Below are positions 1-8,981 of a stretch of DNA of 51,463 nt, in pieces (position 1 is the first letter of the stretch; each line of letters opens with the position of its first letter). Origin of the DNA: Parcubacteria group bacterium GW2011_GWA2_40_23 (GTDB lineage Bacteria; Patescibacteriota; Patescibacteriia; UBA11705; JABHMO01); assembly GCA_000996245.1 (NCBI GenBank), contig LBYP01000010.1:1-51463 (forward strand), given 5' to 3'. The notes under the pieces were generated by a model. The model did not search any database and was not told the DNA's origin. It worked only from the letters and a program-made list of their open reading frames with translations. The position numbers were made by a program, and so were the translations under genes.

Positions 1-239
1 AATGGAAAAAAGACTTAAAAAAGTATATGATATCCAACGACAATCCGGTACACTCAGAGCATGACTTTTCGGTAACCGTTTATTATGAGCTATTGCGTAG
101 CAAGTTACGAATAGCTACATAAAAATAATGTTGCGAATTACTGTTTATCAATGAAAAGCAATAATTCGTAACATCAATATAAATGTGTTATTTGTAAAAT
201 TACTTGCTTTTTGTGACAAATATGGTTAAATAGAATCAT

Positions 240-1880
240 ATGACGTATGCGAAAATTAGCGAAATAATCAAAGAAAAACAACCACAATCCACTTTTAATT
301 TTTTAGAAAAAACATACGACTTATTAAAGGACGGCACTCACCAGCTGTCCTTTATTGATCGCAACCGTGTTTATAATGCTGCGATTAATAGAGGCTACGA
401 AGCGGCCAAGCAAGGCGCCAGAACCGAGTTTGTCTGTGCTGTGATGCTCTTTGACTTAGCTGAAAAAGATGCTGCTTTCATCCTCAAAATTCTTTCCGCT
501 GTTAGCGACAATGTCGCTAATTTTACTCATTGCTATGTGTTGGCTAAACAACGCCTCACTGAGGTTTCGCAGCTTGAACATAGTTACCGCACAGCATTAC
601 GACTTGCCACCATCAAAATCAACTTCCCTGCCATTTGTGCTGCTATGCTGCATGAATTACCAGTTCACTCCGAAACTTCAGTTGAGGAAATAACTAGACT
701 TTTTGATGAAGAAATTGGCACACTCGTCGGCAAATTTTTGAATATCCGTATCATTAGAACCGCAAATAGCAGCCAATACATCAATCACCTCCGCGAGATG
801 GTCGTGGCTATGGCTAAAGATTTGCGCGTGATTATTATTAAAATGTGTTCCAATATTGATAGGCTGGAACAATACGGAGTATCCTATTCAGCCGCTAAAC
901 TCCACGAAGTGGCCACCGAGTCCATGGAAATTTTAGCCCCGCTCGCAAATGTGCTTGGTATCTGGGAATTACGCTGGCGTTTAGAAGATTTGGCTTTCAA
1001 AGTTTTACAGCCAGAAGAATATAAAAAGATCAATCAACGATTCAATGAGGATGAACAAAAAAACCGCACCAAATACATTCAAAAGATGATTACAATCATT
1101 GAGAAAGAAGCCAAAAACGCCAACATCAAATGTCAGATTGAAGGGCGCTTCAAACATTTCTATAGCATCTATCAAAAAATGCGCAACAAAAAGAAAGGCT
1201 TCAATGAAATCTGTGATGTTTTTGCTTTGCGCGTAATTGTGCCAGACATCGACTCTTGTTACCGCATGCTCGGGATTGTACACCAACTCTGGCGACCCAA
1301 AAAGCGCCGCATGAAAGATTATATCGCAGCACCGAAAAGCAACAACTACCGCAGTTTACACACCACTGTTTTTGGATTTAATGGAAGACCTACCGAATTT
1401 CAAATCCGCACCAAAGAAATGGATGATATTGCTAACTATGGGATTGCCGCTCACTGGTTTTATAAAAATCCAAAAACAAAAACTCCCAACTGGATGCAGG
1501 ATCTACTCGTGCAACAACAACAATATAAAAATGATGAAGAATTTTTGGATGCTTTTTCTTCAACTCTTTTGCAAGATAGAATTTATGTTTATACACCCAA
1601 GGGCGACGTTATTGCCTTGCCTTCAAAGTCCACCCCAGTAGATTTTGCCTATGCTATTCACAGCGAAATCGGTCATAAATGTTCAGCCGCATCAGTTAAC
1701 GACACGCCCGTGCCACTCGATACAATCCTCTCAACAAATGATGTAGTAGAAATAACTTTGAACCGCGATCAGGCCGGCCCCAAAGCAGAATGGTTAAATT
1801 TTGTGGAAACTAATAATGCAAAAAAACACATTCAAGAATATTTAAATCAGTTCCCAGTAGAACGTTCCTTCAGACTCTGA
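240..1880 (+). CDS. RelA/SpoT homolog (RSH) 1, long alarmone synthetase with degenerate hydrolase motifs, ends after the TGS domain
   Basis: 546-aa ORF. Synthetase motifs GRFKHFYSIYQKM, YRSLHTTV and EFQIRT are present, as is a TGS-like IYVYTPKGDVIALPSKSTPVDFAY. The HD doublet position reads HE (AAMLHELP) and the upstream H..H motif is absent. No ACT/RRM C-terminus. Confidence 0.85.
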   Translation: MTYAKISEIIKEKQPQSTFNFLEKTYDLLKDGTHQLSFIDRNRVYNAAINRGYEAAKQGARTEFVCAVMLFDLAEKDAAFILKILSAVSDNVANFTHCYVLAKQRLTEVSQLEHSYRTALRLATIKINFPAICAAMLHELPVHSETSVEEITRLFDEEIGTLVGKFLNIRIIRTANSSQYINHLREMVVAMAKDLRVIIIKMCSNIDRLEQYGVSYSAAKLHEVATESMEILAPLANVLGIWELRWRLEDLAFKVLQPEEYKKINQRFNEDEQKNRTKYIQKMITIIEKEAKNANIKCQIEGRFKHFYSIYQKMRNKKKGFNEICDVFALRVIVPDIDSCYRMLGIVHQLWRPKKRRMKDYIAAPKSNNYRSLHTTVFGFNGRPTEFQIRTKEMDDIANYGIAAHWFYKNPKTKTPNWMQDLLVQQQQYKNDEEFLDAFSSTLLQDRIYVYTPKGDVIALPSKSTPVDFAYAIHSEIGHKCSAASVNDTPVPLDTILSTNDVVEITLNRDQAGPKAEWLNFVETNNAKKHIQEYLNQFPVERSFRL

Positions 1881-1984
1881 TATAATAGAGTCACCCAGCA
1901 CCACTCGCTTCTCTCGGGTTCTGGGTAAACCAGTACTCCTGCACCACAAACTGCCTTTGGGTGCGGGGCAAGCCCAAAACACTT

Positions 1985-3436
1985 ATGATTAGCCTACGAC
2001 AACTAATTGATGAAATTCAAAAAAACGATCCACAAGCCGACACAACGCTAGTGGAGACTGCTTATAATTTTGCAAATGAAGCTCATGCTGGTCAAAAACG
2101 AGCCAGCGGCGAAGATTATATTCAACATTGTTTATTAACAGCTAAGACTTTAGCCGAACTTCGCTTACCGATTCCAATTATTATTGCTGGGTTACTTCAT
2201 GATGTACCAGAAGATACCACCAAAACATTAGATGAAATCAGAAAAATATTTGGTACTGATATTGCCAAGATGGTTGAAGGTATTACCAAATTGGGCAAGA
2301 TTAAATATCGCGGCATGGATCGCTACATCGAAAACTTGCGCAAAATGTTCGTGGCTATGGCGCAAGACATTCGTGTTATTTTAATTAAATTTGCTGACCG
2401 ACTCCACAACCTAAAAACTCTTTATGCTTTACCAGAAGCGAAACAAAAAAGGATTGCTTTGGAGACTTTAGAGATATATTCACCGATTGCGAACCGACTC
2501 GGTATCGGAGAACTCCAAGCACAACTCGAAGATGCTGCTTTTAAATACGCGTACCCCGAAGAATTTATCAACATTGAACAAGTAGTAAAAAAGAATTTCC
2601 CCTTAAAGAAAAAAACTTTAGTTAACATGATTCGCAAAATAAAAATGCGACTCGAAAAAGATAATATTAAGTTTTTAGATGTTTACGGACGCGCCAAACA
2701 TTATTACAGTTATTATCGAAAATATTTAAAATACAACTGCGACCCCAAGCAGATTTACGATTTAGTCGCTGTGCGAATTATTGTTGAAAACATCGCTGAC
2801 TGTTATACTGTTATGGGCGCAGTGCACAGTATTTGGCGTCCTATTCGCGGCCGCATTAAAGATTATATTGCGCAACCAAAACCAAATGGTTATCAATCGC
2901 TACACACCGCAGTGTTTGGCGATGAACAAGAAATTGTAGAGATTCAAATTCGCACCAAAGCTATGAATGAACAGGCTGAGTATGGTATTGCAGCACATTG
3001 GAATTATAAAGAAGGTAATAAAAACGCACGCGAATTAGCCTGGGTACAAGATTTGGCTAATTGGCTCAAAAACATTAATGATAATGATAAGTTTTTAGAA
3101 GGCGCCAAGATTGATGTTTTCCAAAATAGAATTTTCGTTTTTACTCCGCAAGGCGATGTTATCGACTTACCAGACGGAGCGACGCCAGTTGATTTTGCCT
3201 ATCACATTCACACTGATATTGGTGACAAATGTTCTGGAGCTCGTATCAACAATGAAATTGTTTCACTTGATTATAGGATTCGTAATGGCGACGTGGTACA
3301 AATTATTACTGACAAAAACCGTAAAGGGCCGAATCCAGATTGGCTAGCCTTTGTAAAAACAAGAACTGCCATTCAACATATTGAAGCCTACAAAAACAAA
3401 AGTTGGAAAAAATTCTTACCTATATTTTCAAAATAA
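1985..3436 (+). CDS. RelA/SpoT homolog (RSH) 2, Rel/SpoT-like with intact HD hydrolase and synthetase motifs, ends after the TGS domain
   Basis: The ORF-track start (GTG 1961) lies inside a hairpin repeat, so the in-frame ATG at 1985 (MISLRQ) is preferred. Motifs: HAGQKRASGEDYIQH, LLHDVPEDT, GRAKHYYSYYRK, YQSLHTAV, EIQIRT, and TGS IFVFTPQGDVIDLPDGATPVDFAY. Confidence 0.85.
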   Translation: MISLRQLIDEIQKNDPQADTTLVETAYNFANEAHAGQKRASGEDYIQHCLLTAKTLAELRLPIPIIIAGLLHDVPEDTTKTLDEIRKIFGTDIAKMVEGITKLGKIKYRGMDRYIENLRKMFVAMAQDIRVILIKFADRLHNLKTLYALPEAKQKRIALETLEIYSPIANRLGIGELQAQLEDAAFKYAYPEEFINIEQVVKKNFPLKKKTLVNMIRKIKMRLEKDNIKFLDVYGRAKHYYSYYRKYLKYNCDPKQIYDLVAVRIIVENIADCYTVMGAVHSIWRPIRGRIKDYIAQPKPNGYQSLHTAVFGDEQEIVEIQIRTKAMNEQAEYGIAAHWNYKEGNKNARELAWVQDLANWLKNINDNDKFLEGAKIDVFQNRIFVFTPQGDVIDLPDGATPVDFAYHIHTDIGDKCSGARINNEIVSLDYRIRNGDVVQIITDKNRKGPNPDWLAFVKTRTAIQHIEAYKNKSWKKFLPIFSK

Positions 3437-3441
3437 AATTT

Positions 3442-5604
3442 ATGCAAAAAAGAAACTTTCCCAATTTATTTATTTTATTGGGAGTAGTCAGCCTCTTATT
3501 AATCTTTAACATCAAAATCGAAACTGCAAAAGCTTTTTTTGAATTTGATGATAATAAAGTTCCGACTTGCTGCGTTACTGATTTTTTTGACGCAACACTC
3601 TGTAAAGATGCAAAAGCAAAAATATTTGGCTATCCAAATTACGCAGCTATTAAGGCGGACCTTAACACTAGCGTTTTAGCAAAAATAGACCCCTTTTGTT
3701 ATGCGCAAGCCGGTTGTTTTGTGAAATCAGGACCAATCTGCATCACACCTGTCTGTACTTCTTGGACATACAGCGCATGGAGCGTATGCTATCAAAGTAA
3801 CCAAACAAGATCAGTAGCAACATCGTCACCAGCAGGTTGCACAGGAAATCCACCTGCACCAACATTAACCCAAACTTGCGCAACCAGTTCCTGTTCTTTT
3901 GACGATGATTGCACTAATGGATATTGTAATACTTCACTTGATCCAGATACTTGCTCAACCAAACAAACTGATGGCGCAGCCTGCACTCGCCCAACCCAAT
4001 GCACTGGGAATGTTTGTACTAGCGGCAAGTGTGCTTCTTCCTGTATGTTCGACAACAACTGTCTCAGTAATCAATATTGTAAAACTTCCGTAAGTCCAGC
4101 CACTTGTACAGTCAAACAAGCAAACAATGCAGATTGCACTGCAGCAAATCAATGTTCAGGAAAATTTTGTAATAGTGGGAAATGCGCATCTTCTCCCGCA
4201 GTTGTGTGTAGTCCTGCCTGCGATCCATTACACTACTACTGCGATACTTCCTCTGGTATGGAAAGCTGCAAAGTAAAACTCGGAAATGGGGCAACCTGCG
4301 CCGTGTCTAATCAATGTGACAGTGGCTACTGCAGTGGCACTAAGTGTGCTCCAACACCAGCAAACTGTTCCCCCGCTTGCAGTGCGACACAATATTGTGT
4401 CGGCACAACCTGCAAACCTAAACAACTCGAAGGTCAAGTTTGCTCTAATAGCATTGAATGTGTCACCAACTTGTGCCATATCGGTGCTTGTATGACTGCT
4501 TGCACAGAAGATGCAAATTGCAACATTGCTACACAATTCTGCAATTTCACTGCCAGTCCAAAAACATGTAATACAAAAAAAAGTGAGACTCAGCCTTGCA
4601 CAGCAGCCAACCAATGTACTGGTGGTGCCTGCACTGACAACAAATGTAGAACAAAATGCAACCCCGGAATATGTAATGCCACACAATATTGTAATGCCAC
4701 TTCTACTCCAAATGGTTGTGTCCCTAAAAAAGCCGATGGCCTAGTCTGCGCAACTGCAGTCGAGTGCACCGCCGGTTTCTGTGTTAATTTAAAATGTGCT
4801 TCTGCTGCAACAGCTCCGGCATGTAGTCCTGCTTGCGCTGCGGACAAATACTGTGTTGGTACAACCTGTAATGACAAAAAAGCCGACGGCCAGGCTTGTT
4901 CAGATCCTAGTCAATGTACAGGTGGCGCATGTAACGACAGTCTCTGCGCATCCGTAGCAACTGCGATCAGCTGCCCTTCTTATACAAAAGCAGAAGATTG
5001 CGCTACCCAACCTCTTCAATGCGAATGGGTCAGTAACGCTTGCTCTGCAAAACCTGGTTACGGACAATCATGTACAGGCTCACCAGATAATTGTAAAGAA
5101 GGCCTGTGCATTACATATGAAGGCAAATTTCTTTGTAGAAAACATTGTACTGGAACAGACTGCCCTGAAGGAAATTTTTGTTTCGCAGCAGGTGAATTTT
5201 GTATGGCAAAACTGGCCGATGGTGGCGACTGCACTGACGGAAACGCGTGTATCTCTGGCGTATGCGAAGCTAGTAAATGTAAAGGCGGCACAGCCCCAGC
5301 CGGTGCTGGAGTTGAAGGCGGTGGCACACCAGTAGCACCATCAGGATATCCCATACCAAATTTTCTTGGCGTAGATGATCCGAACCTTGTAATCGGCCGT
5401 ATCATAAAATATATTATTGGTTTTGTCGGAACTATCGCATTAGTCACCTTTATGTATGGTGGAGCTCTCTGGCTCATCTCTGCTGGACGTATGGATTATG
5501 TCACTAAAGGAAAAAATTACATGATCTGGGCAGCGGTTGGTTTAGCCATTGTTTTCGGCTCATATATCATTGTAGGACAGATTTTCGCCATATTTGGACA
5601 ATAA
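3442..5604 (+). CDS. Secreted cysteine-rich repeat protein with a C-terminal two-helix pilin-like membrane module
   Basis: ATG 3442 (MQKRNFPNLFILLGVVSLLL signal) is preferred over 3403, which overlaps the previous gene. At least 10 tandem ~50-aa Cys modules (e.g. CSFDDDCTNGYCNTSLDPDTCSTKQTDGAACTRPTQCTGNVCTSGKCA). A G/A/P linker is followed by two hydrophobic helices (IIGFVGTIALVTFMYGGALWL ... WAAVGLAIVFGSYIIVG). Confidence 0.8.
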   Translation: MQKRNFPNLFILLGVVSLLLIFNIKIETAKAFFEFDDNKVPTCCVTDFFDATLCKDAKAKIFGYPNYAAIKADLNTSVLAKIDPFCYAQAGCFVKSGPICITPVCTSWTYSAWSVCYQSNQTRSVATSSPAGCTGNPPAPTLTQTCATSSCSFDDDCTNGYCNTSLDPDTCSTKQTDGAACTRPTQCTGNVCTSGKCASSCMFDNNCLSNQYCKTSVSPATCTVKQANNADCTAANQCSGKFCNSGKCASSPAVVCSPACDPLHYYCDTSSGMESCKVKLGNGATCAVSNQCDSGYCSGTKCAPTPANCSPACSATQYCVGTTCKPKQLEGQVCSNSIECVTNLCHIGACMTACTEDANCNIATQFCNFTASPKTCNTKKSETQPCTAANQCTGGACTDNKCRTKCNPGICNATQYCNATSTPNGCVPKKADGLVCATAVECTAGFCVNLKCASAATAPACSPACAADKYCVGTTCNDKKADGQACSDPSQCTGGACNDSLCASVATAISCPSYTKAEDCATQPLQCEWVSNACSAKPGYGQSCTGSPDNCKEGLCITYEGKFLCRKHCTGTDCPEGNFCFAAGEFCMAKLADGGDCTDGNACISGVCEASKCKGGTAPAGAGVEGGGTPVAPSGYPIPNFLGVDDPNLVIGRIIKYIIGFVGTIALVTFMYGGALWLISAGRMDYVTKGKNYMIWAAVGLAIVFGSYIIVGQIFAIFGQ

Positions 5605-5630
5605 TAGAATCAATTTTTAGCTAAATTTAG

Positions 5631-5663
5631 GTCAACTCCACTGTACGTGGGGTTGACTTTTTT
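5631..5663 (+). terminator. Intrinsic terminator of the Cys-rich gene; its 3-prime arm doubles as the -35 of the next promoter
   Basis: GTCAACTCCAC-TGTAC-GTGGGGTTGAC (11 bp with one G.T pair) followed by TTTTTT. Confidence 0.7.
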
Positions 5664-5680
5664 ATAGTTTGTGCTATAAT
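5653..5680 (+). promoter_or_regulatory. Sigma70-type extended -10 promoter for the GC-rich SPFH operon
   Basis: TTGACT (5653-5658), 16-nt spacer, TGc-TATAAT (5675-5680). AGGAGG at 5717-5722, ATG at 5728. Confidence 0.6.
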
Positions 5681-5727
5681 GTAAGGTCGTAAATTACGCG
5701 ACAAAACAACCGTCATAGGAGGACCCC

Positions 5728-6756
5728 ATGTTGACGTTCATTGGAATCGGAATCGTTGTGCTCGTCTTGCTGGGGTGGTACCTCAGCAAGTGCTTGGTCG
5801 TCACCGAGGCCGCGACCTACACAGTCGTCGGTCTCTTGGGAAAGAGCCCCACGAAAAGCCTGACCCCACCCTTGAACCTCATTTGCTACCCGATCACACA
5901 GGTTATGGGCGTGATCACCACTGAAGTGCAACGGTACAACATGACCAACTGCACCCTCTCCTGCAAGATGACGGACCCGAGTGGCGGTCAAGGCATCGGC
6001 AAACTCTCGACCAAGGAAGTATCGCTGGCCTACCAGTTCTACTTCTGGACGCAGGCCGAGATCCGCGACAAGGACGCCACGGTCGTCCTCCCCCCGGGAT
6101 TCGGCATGGCGCTCCAGCTACAAAAGTTCTTCGAGTTCGTGGGGTTCCACGAGGCGAAGATCGACATTGCCAGCATGGAGGAGACCCTCAAAGACTCCCT
6201 CCAAGGAGCTTTCACACAGCACAGCAAGAGCTTGGAACTGGAGGCAGCCATCAACTTCCCCAAAGCCTCGCTCACGGAGATCAAAGACGCCCTCCAGAGG
6301 GAGTTCTGGGAAGATGGTCTGCCGGTGAAGGTGATCGTTCTGCAACGGAATGCCCCATTCGAAGCCCTCGACACACTTGGGAGAGCCATCGCTTCTCGGG
6401 CTGAGTCGCTGGCATTGCTGCCAGCCGAAGTGGCCAAGGCTGAGAATGCCCGCCGCCTGGCGGTCATCAAAGCCACCACCGACAGGGAAGTTGCAGGCAT
6501 CAAAGTTGAGACAACTCGACTCGAAGGAGAAGCCGAAGGTGCCAAGGTCAAGGTCCGAGTGGCCGCGATCATGGACGCCTACGGGCTCACTGTCATGCCC
6601 CCAGCTGAACGGATGGCTAATTACCTAAGCCTCGAAAGTCTCGAGGTATACAAAGTGATGGCCGCCAGCCCGAGCAGCAAAATGATCCTTGTGCCGACCG
6701 AACTGCTCTCAAGCATCGGTGGCGCACTGTCACACCTCACTGGAGTCAAACCATGA
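5728..6756 (+). CDS. SPFH/Band-7 (stomatin/prohibitin/HflKC-like) membrane protein, GC-rich
   Basis: N-terminal TM (FIGIGIVVLVLLGWYL). Ala/Glu-rich coiled region AEVAKAENARRLAVIKATTDREVAGIKVETTRLEGEAEGAKVKV. C-terminal YLSLESLEVYKVMAASPSSKMILVP resembles SPFH tails. Family call is from motif recall only. Confidence 0.55.
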   Translation: MLTFIGIGIVVLVLLGWYLSKCLVVTEAATYTVVGLLGKSPTKSLTPPLNLICYPITQVMGVITTEVQRYNMTNCTLSCKMTDPSGGQGIGKLSTKEVSLAYQFYFWTQAEIRDKDATVVLPPGFGMALQLQKFFEFVGFHEAKIDIASMEETLKDSLQGAFTQHSKSLELEAAINFPKASLTEIKDALQREFWEDGLPVKVIVLQRNAPFEALDTLGRAIASRAESLALLPAEVAKAENARRLAVIKATTDREVAGIKVETTRLEGEAEGAKVKVRVAAIMDAYGLTVMPPAERMANYLSLESLEVYKVMAASPSSKMILVPTELLSSIGGALSHLTGVKP

Positions 6757-7385
6757 AGCGAAGCACTGCACTCATTCTCTCGCTGATGCTCTTCGGAGTG
6801 GGTCTCGTCCTCGCGGACAACCTGCTCGACTGGAGTATGGGGTGGAAGATTGCAGTTGCGGTAGCGCTGGCACTCGTGCCGTTCTACTTCATCGGACGAG
6901 GTTCCGCTCCCACCACCCCCGGCACTACTACGACCCCCGCCGCAGCCATCACCTACCCAGGGCTAGACAAAGCCTGGATCTGGATCCTGACCATCCTCCT
7001 CGGAGGTCTGGTCCTCTACGGTGCTGTGTTCTGGGTCAGCGTCCCCATTCGCGACTTGGTCAGGGAAGCAGTTGCTACCCCGGACACACATATCGTGGAG
7101 AACGGCTTCCCGCGACACGATGCTCCGCGCCAGGAGCAGGACATCATTCCGCCGTTCAACAAGATCTTGTCTGCCGGCAAGACCTACCAGGTCTTCAAGC
7201 TGAAGCGGGGGGACATCTTCAACGTCACCCAGCTCTCGGCGCCGATCAGGTACAAGATCGAAAACCCTGTCGTGACAGGGTTCGCCCCGATCGACAACCC
7301 GATAAAAATTCGCGTGAACTACGATGGCAACCTACTGGTCGTCTCTACGGCCGGCAGGAACACCGTCATGATCGCGCGAGAATGA
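6753..7385 (+). CDS. Membrane protein with a beta-rich C-terminal domain, translationally coupled to the SPFH gene (position analogous to NfeD partners)
   Basis: ATGA start/stop overlap with the upstream gene. Three hydrophobic segments, a Pro/Thr linker, and a C-terminal half rich in beta-type residues. Same GC-rich composition as the SPFH gene. Confidence 0.55.
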   Translation: MKRSTALILSLMLFGVGLVLADNLLDWSMGWKIAVAVALALVPFYFIGRGSAPTTPGTTTTPAAAITYPGLDKAWIWILTILLGGLVLYGAVFWVSVPIRDLVREAVATPDTHIVENGFPRHDAPRQEQDIIPPFNKILSAGKTYQVFKLKRGDIFNVTQLSAPIRYKIENPVVTGFAPIDNPIKIRVNYDGNLLVVSTAGRNTVMIARE

Positions 7386-7389
7386 CAAA

Positions 7390-7425
7390 CCGCCCCGTTG
7401 CACATGCGACGGGGCGGTACTTTTT
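7390..7425 (+). terminator. Intrinsic terminator ending the first GC-rich block
   Basis: CCGCCCCGT-N10-ACGGGGCGG followed by TACTTTTT. Confidence 0.75.
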
Positions 7426-7439
7426 AAAATTACGAATTT

Positions 7440-7459
7440 CCTGCCTGCCGGCAGGCAGG
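7440..7459. repeat. Perfect 20-bp GC palindrome flanked by TACGAAT words
   Basis: CCTGCCTGCC|GGCAGGCAGG, with attacgaattt on the left and ctacgaatct on the right. Lies between convergent gene ends. Confidence 0.8.
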
Positions 7460-7492
7460 CGTATCTGCTACGAATCTACAAATAATCAGTAA

Positions 7493-8089
7493 CTATTTCA
7501 TTTCGGCTGGAGAAGCGTTTGGGTAAAAAATTATTGAATTAAGAATTATTTTTATATCATCCCAATATTCTTTCTCTTGAATTTCGATTTCGAGAATGCG
7601 ATCACCAAGATCAATGGCCACAATATCAACCAAAAGTTCTGGCTTTTCGATATTTCTATTGCGCACATCTTTAAACCAAACTCCTTCTGTCCCGCCAATA
7701 GTAATTTTTTCTTGTTGATAATTCCCTAAAAATAAATTTTCTGTTTGTGCTCGGTAAAAATCCTCGAGCGTATATTTGGTCTGCCAATTTGAATGGGCTA
7801 AAATAACAATTGAACCATAATAGGTTTTGTTCTGGTTCTTAAGTTCCTCACCATGAGCTACTTGATAAAAAGCAGCTTGTTTACCATCTTCACCAGAATC
7901 AAAAACAGTCCAATCTTTAGGAAAACGTAATTCATAGCGATAAGCCGGATTAGTATATAATTTCCAATCATATACTTTTTTAGCAACCTCACTTGAATCC
8001 ATTTTTAAACCTGAATCAACTTTTTTAGCACAGCCAGAAAAAGAAAAACCACACACAATAACGAGTAAAACAATTAAAAATCTTTTCAT
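7493..8089 (-). CDS. Putative lipoprotein, function unknown
   Basis: 198-aa ORF. Signal peptide with lipobox-like LVIVCGFSFSGC. Confidence 0.6.
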   Translation of the reverse strand: MKRFLIVLLVIVCGFSFSGCAKKVDSGLKMDSSEVAKKVYDWKLYTNPAYRYELRFPKDWTVFDSGEDGKQAAFYQVAHGEELKNQNKTYYGSIVILAHSNWQTKYTLEDFYRAQTENLFLGNYQQEKITIGGTEGVWFKDVRNRNIEKPELLVDIVAIDLGDRILEIEIQEKEYWDDIKIILNSIIFYPNASPAEMK

Positions 8090-8090
8090 A

Positions 8091-8969
8091 CTAATTTACA
8101 ATTTGATTAATAATCGAAGCTAATTCCTCCTCTGAATAAAACTCTATCACAATTTCTCCTTGTCCTCCTTTTTTCTTAATATCGACCTTAGTATTTAATT
8201 TTTCTCTTAAAATATTTTCTTTGTCTTCTACTTCTGGGTCACGCTTAGCTTGAGCTCGTGGACGAGATGTCTGAGTACTTTGACGAGCACGTTCCGCATC
8301 ACGCACAGTGAAATTATATTGCAGTATTTTTTTCAAAAAGTCTAGTTGTTCTTTCTCTCCAGATAAACCAGCAATAACCTTGGCATGACCTTCAGTGATT
8401 TCTTCTCGCGCTAAGGAGCGTTGAATTTCTGCTGGTAAATCGAGAAACCGCAATGTATTAGCCAATGATGATCGACTAACACCCAACTTATCGGCCGCTT
8501 CTTCTTGTGAAAGATTGTATTCATCAACCAGCTTTTGATAAGCGACTGCTTTTTCAATTGGGTTAAGATTACGTCGTTGAATATTTTCTATTAAAGCTAA
8601 TTCTAATTTTTCTTGTTCACCAGCTTCACGCACAATAACTGGGACTGTAGCTAACCCAAGAATTTTTGATGCGCGTAAACGTCTTTCACCAGCAATAAGT
8701 TCGTATCCCTCTTTTGATTTTGTAACAACCAATGGTTGGATAATACCATGCAGACGAATTGATTCAATCAACGATTCTAAATCCTCATGGTCAAAAACAG
8801 TCCGAGGTTGATAGGGATTGGCTGTAATCTCATCTACCGGAACATTTAGAATTTGATTGATGTTATCGTTTAATAAAAAATCTCTATGCGGTTCGGCAAT
8901 TGCATCTTTAATAACTTTTCTGGGGATGAGAGAATCTAAACCTCTGCCTAAACCAGTAATCTTCGCCAT
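8091..8969 (-). CDS. parB: Chromosome partitioning protein ParB/Spo0J
   Basis: GLGRGLDSLIP N-terminal box, ParB box GERRLRASKILG, HTH region, LIENIQRRNLNPIE. Confidence 0.9.
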   Translation of the reverse strand: MAKITGLGRGLDSLIPRKVIKDAIAEPHRDFLLNDNINQILNVPVDEITANPYQPRTVFDHEDLESLIESIRLHGIIQPLVVTKSKEGYELIAGERRLRASKILGLATVPVIVREAGEQEKLELALIENIQRRNLNPIEKAVAYQKLVDEYNLSQEEAADKLGVSRSSLANTLRFLDLPAEIQRSLAREEITEGHAKVIAGLSGEKEQLDFLKKILQYNFTVRDAERARQSTQTSRPRAQAKRDPEVEDKENILREKLNTKVDIKKKGGQGEIVIEFYSEEELASIINQIVN

Positions 8970-8981
8970 AATATTTTGTTT

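Noticed and set aside
1-64. Possible 3-prime end of a plus-strand gene (frame ending TGA at 62-64) at the window edge.
   Set aside because: Only about 20 codons are visible and there is no recognisable motif, so it cannot be supported.
3792-5477. Many internal ORFs on both strands inside the Cys-repeat gene, and similarly inside 39155-41119.
   Set aside because: These are repeat-driven open frames within a long, clearly coding modular gene. They lack independent signals.
5713-7492. Overlapping ORFs in the first GC-rich block (5713-5991 minus, 5981-6328 plus, 6039-6572 minus, 6118-6345 minus, 6350-6628 plus, 6689-7492 plus, 7021-7203 plus).
   Set aside because: They are typical long shadow ORFs of GC-rich DNA, with Arg/Pro/Ser-rich low-complexity products. 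They lack an RBS and overlap the two genes that have a promoter, RBS, coupling and terminator.
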